Source: Bacteroidota bacterium (GTDB lineage Bacteria > Bacteroidota > Bacteroidia > Chitinophagales > JADIYW01). Taken from it: 64,000 nucleotides of DNA. The stretch covers positions 198,142 through 262,141 of the forward strand of contig CAUJCO010000013.1 of the NCBI GenBank assembly GCA_963169645.1, given 5' to 3'. Numbering within the stretch: the stretch's first letter is position 1; every line of letters begins with the position of its first letter. The notes beneath the pieces were generated by a model. The model was not told where the DNA came from, made no database searches, and was given only the letters and a program-made list of their open reading frames with translations. Positions 60,516 through 64,000 of the stretch are shown here, in pieces. Position numbers and translations under genes: made by a program.

Positions 60516-61238
60516 ATGCTGGACAAAACAGAAGGTATTGTACTAAAAACAACTAAATATGCCGAAAGCAGTTTAATCGTAAAAATATTTACCAAAAAAC
60601 ACGGCATTTTAAGTTTTATGGTGCAAGGTGTACGCAGTAGTAAAAACAAACAAAAAGGCAATATTTTACAACCGTTAAACTGTTTAAATTTAGAAATCTA
60701 TTTAAAAGAACAACGCAATCTAAACAAGATAAAAGAGTACAGCTCAAGTATCATCTACAAAAATTTATATACTGATTTTCACAAACAGAGTGTAGCTATA
60801 TTCTGTGTAGAATTGATTTCAAAATGCATCAAAGAGCAAGAAATCAACGAACGACTATACCAATATTTATCGTTGTTTCTTATGGAATTAGATGAAACAA
60901 CATCCGGCATTGAAAACAAGCCCTTATTTTTTTTATTAGAGGTTGCCGGCATTTTAGGATTCGAGCCTTCGATGCAAAACATTTCCAAAGGCAATTATTT
61001 TAATTTAGAAAATGGTCGTTTTGAATTAGAAAATTCGAATGCACAAAATTGCCTATCTGCTTACGAAACATCTTTATTTAAGCAGCTTATTGCCCTTTAT
61101 TACGATAAAAATGAATTGAAATTAAATGCGACCGAACGCAAAATTCTATTGGAAAAATTATTGCTCTATTATCGCTGGCATGTTTCGGAATTTATCGATT
61201 TAAAATCACCTCAAGTGCTCAGTGAAATATTAAGATAG
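60516..61238 (+). CDS. recO: DNA repair protein RecO
   Basis: MLDKTEGIVLKTTKYAESSLIVKIFTKKHGILSFMVQGVRSSK is an OB-fold N-terminus typical of RecO; 240 aa. Confidence 0.85.
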   Translation: MLDKTEGIVLKTTKYAESSLIVKIFTKKHGILSFMVQGVRSSKNKQKGNILQPLNCLNLEIYLKEQRNLNKIKEYSSSIIYKNLYTDFHKQSVAIFCVELISKCIKEQEINERLYQYLSLFLMELDETTSGIENKPLFFLLEVAGILGFEPSMQNISKGNYFNLENGRFELENSNAQNCLSAYETSLFKQLIALYYDKNELKLNATERKILLEKLLLYYRWHVSEFIDLKSPQVLSEILR

Positions 61239-61255
61239 TCTAACTATACCGTTTA

Positions 61256-62326
61256 TTACAAACCGCCTACTTTTAATTTTTCGGCATTTTCTTCAAAGGT
61301 CAATTTATCAATGATATCTTGTAAATCGCCGTTTACAATTTCGGATAAATTATACAAAGTCAAGTTAATTCGATGGTCAGTAACACGACCTTGCGGATAA
61401 TTATACGTTCTAATTTTGGCACTTCTATCGCCTGTAGAAACGAGTGTTTTGCGTTGTTTGGCGATGGCTTCATTGTGTTCGTTTAAAGCTTTCTCGTACA
61501 AACGCGTACGCAATACTTTCAAGGCACTTTCGTAGTTTTTGTGTTGCGAACGGCCATCTTGACATTCTGCAATGATACCTGTTGGCAAGTGCGTTAAGCG
61601 CACCGCAGATTCTGTTTTATTTACGTGCTGTCCACCCGCACCCGATGCACGATACACATCTTTTTTAATATCGCCCATGTTCAATTCCACATCTACTTCG
61701 TCAGCTTCCGGCAAAATGGCTACAGATGCCGCCGATGTGTGAACACGTCCTTGCGATTCGGTTTCAGGTACACGCTGCACTCGATGCACACCACTTTCAT
61801 ATTTTAAAACGCCGTACACACCTTCTCCGGTAACTTCTACCACCACCTCTTTATAACCACCGGCTGTTCCAGGATTTTCATTCATAATTTCCGTCGTCCA
61901 ACCTTTGTTTTCGCAATATTTTAAATACATACGCAACAAATCGCCGGCAAAAATACTGGCTTCATCGCCGCCCGTTCCGGCACGAATTTCCAAGATAGCA
62001 TTCTTGTCATCTTCCGGATCTTTGGGTATTAATAAATACCTGATTTCATCTTCTAAAGCAGGTTGTCTTTCTTGTTGTTCCTCTAATTCCAACTTTGCCA
62101 TTTCGCGCAGTTCGGCATCTTTTTCTTCATTCAACACTTGTTTGTTAAAGTCGATATTGGATAATAAATTTTTATATTCCAAATAAGCTTTAACAATCGG
62201 CTCTAAATCTTTATATTCTTTAGATGTCTTCTTAAATTTCTGCATATCGCTTACTACTTCAGGGTCGCTGAGTTGCGATTCTAAATCTTTATATCGAAAG
62301 TAAATAAGCTCTAACTTGTCTAACAT
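61256..62326 (-). CDS. prfA: Peptide chain release factor 1
   Basis: GGQ motif (SGAGGQHVNKTESAVRLTH) and PxT-type tripeptide PET (RVQRVPETESQGR), which indicates RF1. Start moved to the ATG at 62326 because the ORF-track TTG (62347) lies inside the -7 box. Confidence 0.93.
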   Translation of the reverse strand: MLDKLELIYFRYKDLESQLSDPEVVSDMQKFKKTSKEYKDLEPIVKAYLEYKNLLSNIDFNKQVLNEEKDAELREMAKLELEEQQERQPALEDEIRYLLIPKDPEDDKNAILEIRAGTGGDEASIFAGDLLRMYLKYCENKGWTTEIMNENPGTAGGYKEVVVEVTGEGVYGVLKYESGVHRVQRVPETESQGRVHTSAASVAILPEADEVDVELNMGDIKKDVYRASGAGGQHVNKTESAVRLTHLPTGIIAECQDGRSQHKNYESALKVLRTRLYEKALNEHNEAIAKQRKTLVSTGDRSAKIRTYNYPQGRVTDHRINLTLYNLSEIVNGDLQDIIDKLTFEENAEKLKVGGL

Positions 62327-62344
62327 AATCAAAAAAATAGAGTG

Positions 62345-62352
62345 CAAAAATA
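62345..62352 (-). promoter_or_regulatory. -7 promoter box TATTTTTG for prfA
   Basis: rc of caaaaata is an exact TAnnTTTG match, 18 nt upstream of the ATG at 62326. Confidence 0.55.
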
Positions 62353-62430
62353 CGATTTTAATACCAAATTATACGAAGCAAATCCTCCACGTATAAAAAG
62401 TAATTATTATATTGTAAAAAAATCGATACT

Positions 62431-62835
62431 ATGGAAAGTCAAAATGTAGGAATGTTGGCAACCTATCTTTTAAGTTTTATGTTTTTCTTTTTTTGTTTAA
62501 TTGTCTTTTATATTGTTTGTAAATGGAAGATTTTCCAAAAAGCCGGACAAGCAGGATGGAAAAGTTTGGTACCTATTTATAACATTTATATTCAATTAAA
62601 AATTGCAAAACAACCAGCGATATGGTTGCTGTTTTTCTGTATTCCATTTTTGAATATTTATTTTGCCATCCGGCACGTGCACGGCATTTCCAAAGCTTTT
62701 GGTAAAGATGTAGGTTTTACATTAGGATTAATTTTCTTATCGTTTATTTTTATACCAATTTTAGCATTTGGCGATGCGGAATATATTTACAAAGATGAAA
62801 ATTCTTTGATAGATGAAATACAAGAATACAGGTGA
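62431..62835 (+). CDS. DUF5684-like small membrane protein
   Basis: …KIFQKAGQAGWKSLVPIYNIY…LKIAKQPAIW… and 3-4 TMs match the pattern I recall for DUF5684. That family is often mis-annotated as signal peptidase I. Confidence 0.6.
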   Translation: MESQNVGMLATYLLSFMFFFFCLIVFYIVCKWKIFQKAGQAGWKSLVPIYNIYIQLKIAKQPAIWLLFFCIPFLNIYFAIRHVHGISKAFGKDVGFTLGLIFLSFIFIPILAFGDAEYIYKDENSLIDEIQEYR

Positions 62836-62960
62836 TTGGGCAAGCAAAATGAAGTATGATTGAAAGTATACTGAAGTAAAACCAACATAGCGTACAAACG
62901 AGAAAATTTCTACACGCTATTCGTTTTTGATAGTATTACTCGATTTAGATTTTCAAAGAT

Positions 62961-62992
62961 AAAATAAAACGAGGCCGCCTACGGCGGCCTCG
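62961..62992 (-). terminator. GC-rich intrinsic terminator after the SDR gene
   Basis: Minus strand reads CGAGGCCGCC-GTA-GGCGGCCTCG followed by TTTTATTTT. This 10-bp G/C stem is conspicuous in an AT-rich background. A second AT-rich hairpin (ATTTTGAGTG/CACTCAAAAT) lies at 63018-63042. Confidence 0.8.
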
Positions 62993-63050
62993 CAAATTCA
63001 TAAATTATTTAATAGCTATTTTGAGTGTGATACACTCAAAATAAGTTCAA

Positions 63051-63863
63051 TTATTTTGTAATAAAATCAAAGACACGTTTAGTGATTGCTGTGTATCCCA
63101 ACGGCATTGTACGAGCTATTCTATCGCCCATTTCAGCATCTATTCCAATCAATACACGTTGTTTTTTCTGCTCAATGTGGCGGATGATAGTTTTAGCTGC
63201 ATCTTCCGGTGAAGTACGCTCTAATGCTTTCTGAAATTTACGTTCTAAGTTGGCATCACGTTCATATTGTACTGCATTCCTTAAAATATTCGTGTTTATT
63301 CCACCCGGATGCACACAATATACTTCTACATTCGTATCAAATAATTCCATACGTAAAGATTCCGTAAATCCTCTAACGGCAAATTTGGAAGTACAATAGG
63401 GCACTTGATCGGAAACGCCCACCAAGCCAAACAAGCTGGAAATATTAATAATTGCAGCTTCCGGTCTTGTCAATAAAGTATCTAGGAAATATTTAGTATG
63501 CAAAATCACACCGTACACATTTACATCAATAATCTTTCTAAAGTCTTCCATTTTTACTGCATCGAGTGATATTTTACCCAAAGCAAAACCGGCATTATTA
63601 AACAACAAATCAATGTACTCATGTTCTTTCAATACTTTTTTTACAAAGCTGGCAATAGCTTTTTCATCAGAAACATCTACTACATACGTGTAGCAGCTTG
63701 CACCTACTGTTTGCACACGTTTTTGCGTATCAGCTAAACCATCCGGATTCTTATCCGATAAAATTAAAACAGCACCTTTCTTTGCTAATTCAATAGCTAA
63801 TGCTTGTCCGATGCCGGAACCGGCACCTGTAATTACAGCAATTTTGTCTTTAAAATTTCTCAT
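63051..63863 (-). CDS. Short-chain dehydrogenase/reductase (SDR) family oxidoreductase
   Basis: TGAGSGIGQALA cofactor motif, NNAG, catalytic S...YCTSK (YxxxK) and PG motif (HPGGINT). Confidence 0.9.
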   Translation of the reverse strand: MRNFKDKIAVITGAGSGIGQALAIELAKKGAVLILSDKNPDGLADTQKRVQTVGASCYTYVVDVSDEKAIASFVKKVLKEHEYIDLLFNNAGFALGKISLDAVKMEDFRKIIDVNVYGVILHTKYFLDTLLTRPEAAIINISSLFGLVGVSDQVPYCTSKFAVRGFTESLRMELFDTNVEVYCVHPGGINTNILRNAVQYERDANLERKFQKALERTSPEDAAKTIIRHIEQKKQRVLIGIDAEMGDRIARTMPLGYTAITKRVFDFITK

Positions 63864-64000
63864 ACGTTAGATATTAACTTAGGTACTAAGGTATTGATTC
63901 AAGTCAATTAATGCACTAAACATAGGTGAAATAGCATTTTATGTTGAATTTTTAACTAAATTTGAGTCGCCGATAAACAATTTGGATTCATTATTGTAGT

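Noticed and set aside
61256-62347. Possible programmed +1 frameshift, as in release factor 2.
   Set aside because: The protein has the RF1-type PxT tripeptide (PET) and a single uninterrupted frame, so this is prfA, not prfB.

Overview
Visibly AT-rich chromosomal segment with Bacteroidota hallmarks: TAnnTTTG -7 promoter boxes, almost no Shine-Dalgarno sites, a dcw cluster lacking murF/ddl/murB, and fusA followed directly by rpsJ. All family calls come from reading the translations and from memory; no searches were run. Most of the window is core housekeeping. In order, it contains: (1) sucA, whose 3' end runs off the window and which is absent from the ORF track; (2) rpsT and radC; (3) a REP-associated tyrosine transposase (RAYT) locus with REP hairpin arrays and a ~304-bp tandem duplication; (4) a Tat-signal amine oxidase and a DeaD-type helicase; (5) a six-gene minus-strand island of lineage-specific lipoproteins and hypotheticals (8.6-14.2 kb); (6) a tightly coupled thioredoxin-ApbE-DUF4266-DUF3570 operon; (7) the complete dcw cluster mraZ to ftsZ (17.3-33.2 kb) with a visible MraZ operator; (8) terC and carA; (9) an uninterrupted ~18-kb str/S10/spc/alpha ribosomal-protein supercluster on the minus strand (35.3-53.6 kb), including rpmJ and rpmD, which are too short for the ORF track; (10) DUF2157-like, DUF5686-like and TPR-like membrane proteins; (11) a second, orphan REP-like hairpin cluster; (12) pepP, recO, prfA, a DUF5684-like protein and an SDR oxidoreductase. 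I found no rRNA, tRNA or CRISPR array. I do not see a clear-cut novel multi-gene system such as a defence island. The most interesting items are the two related REP families, which differ by a compensatory stem change (with the RAYT locus and its duplication), the function-unknown ApbE/DUF4266/DUF3570 module, the uncharacterised lipoprotein island, and a possible small RNA or structured leader upstream of rpsL.
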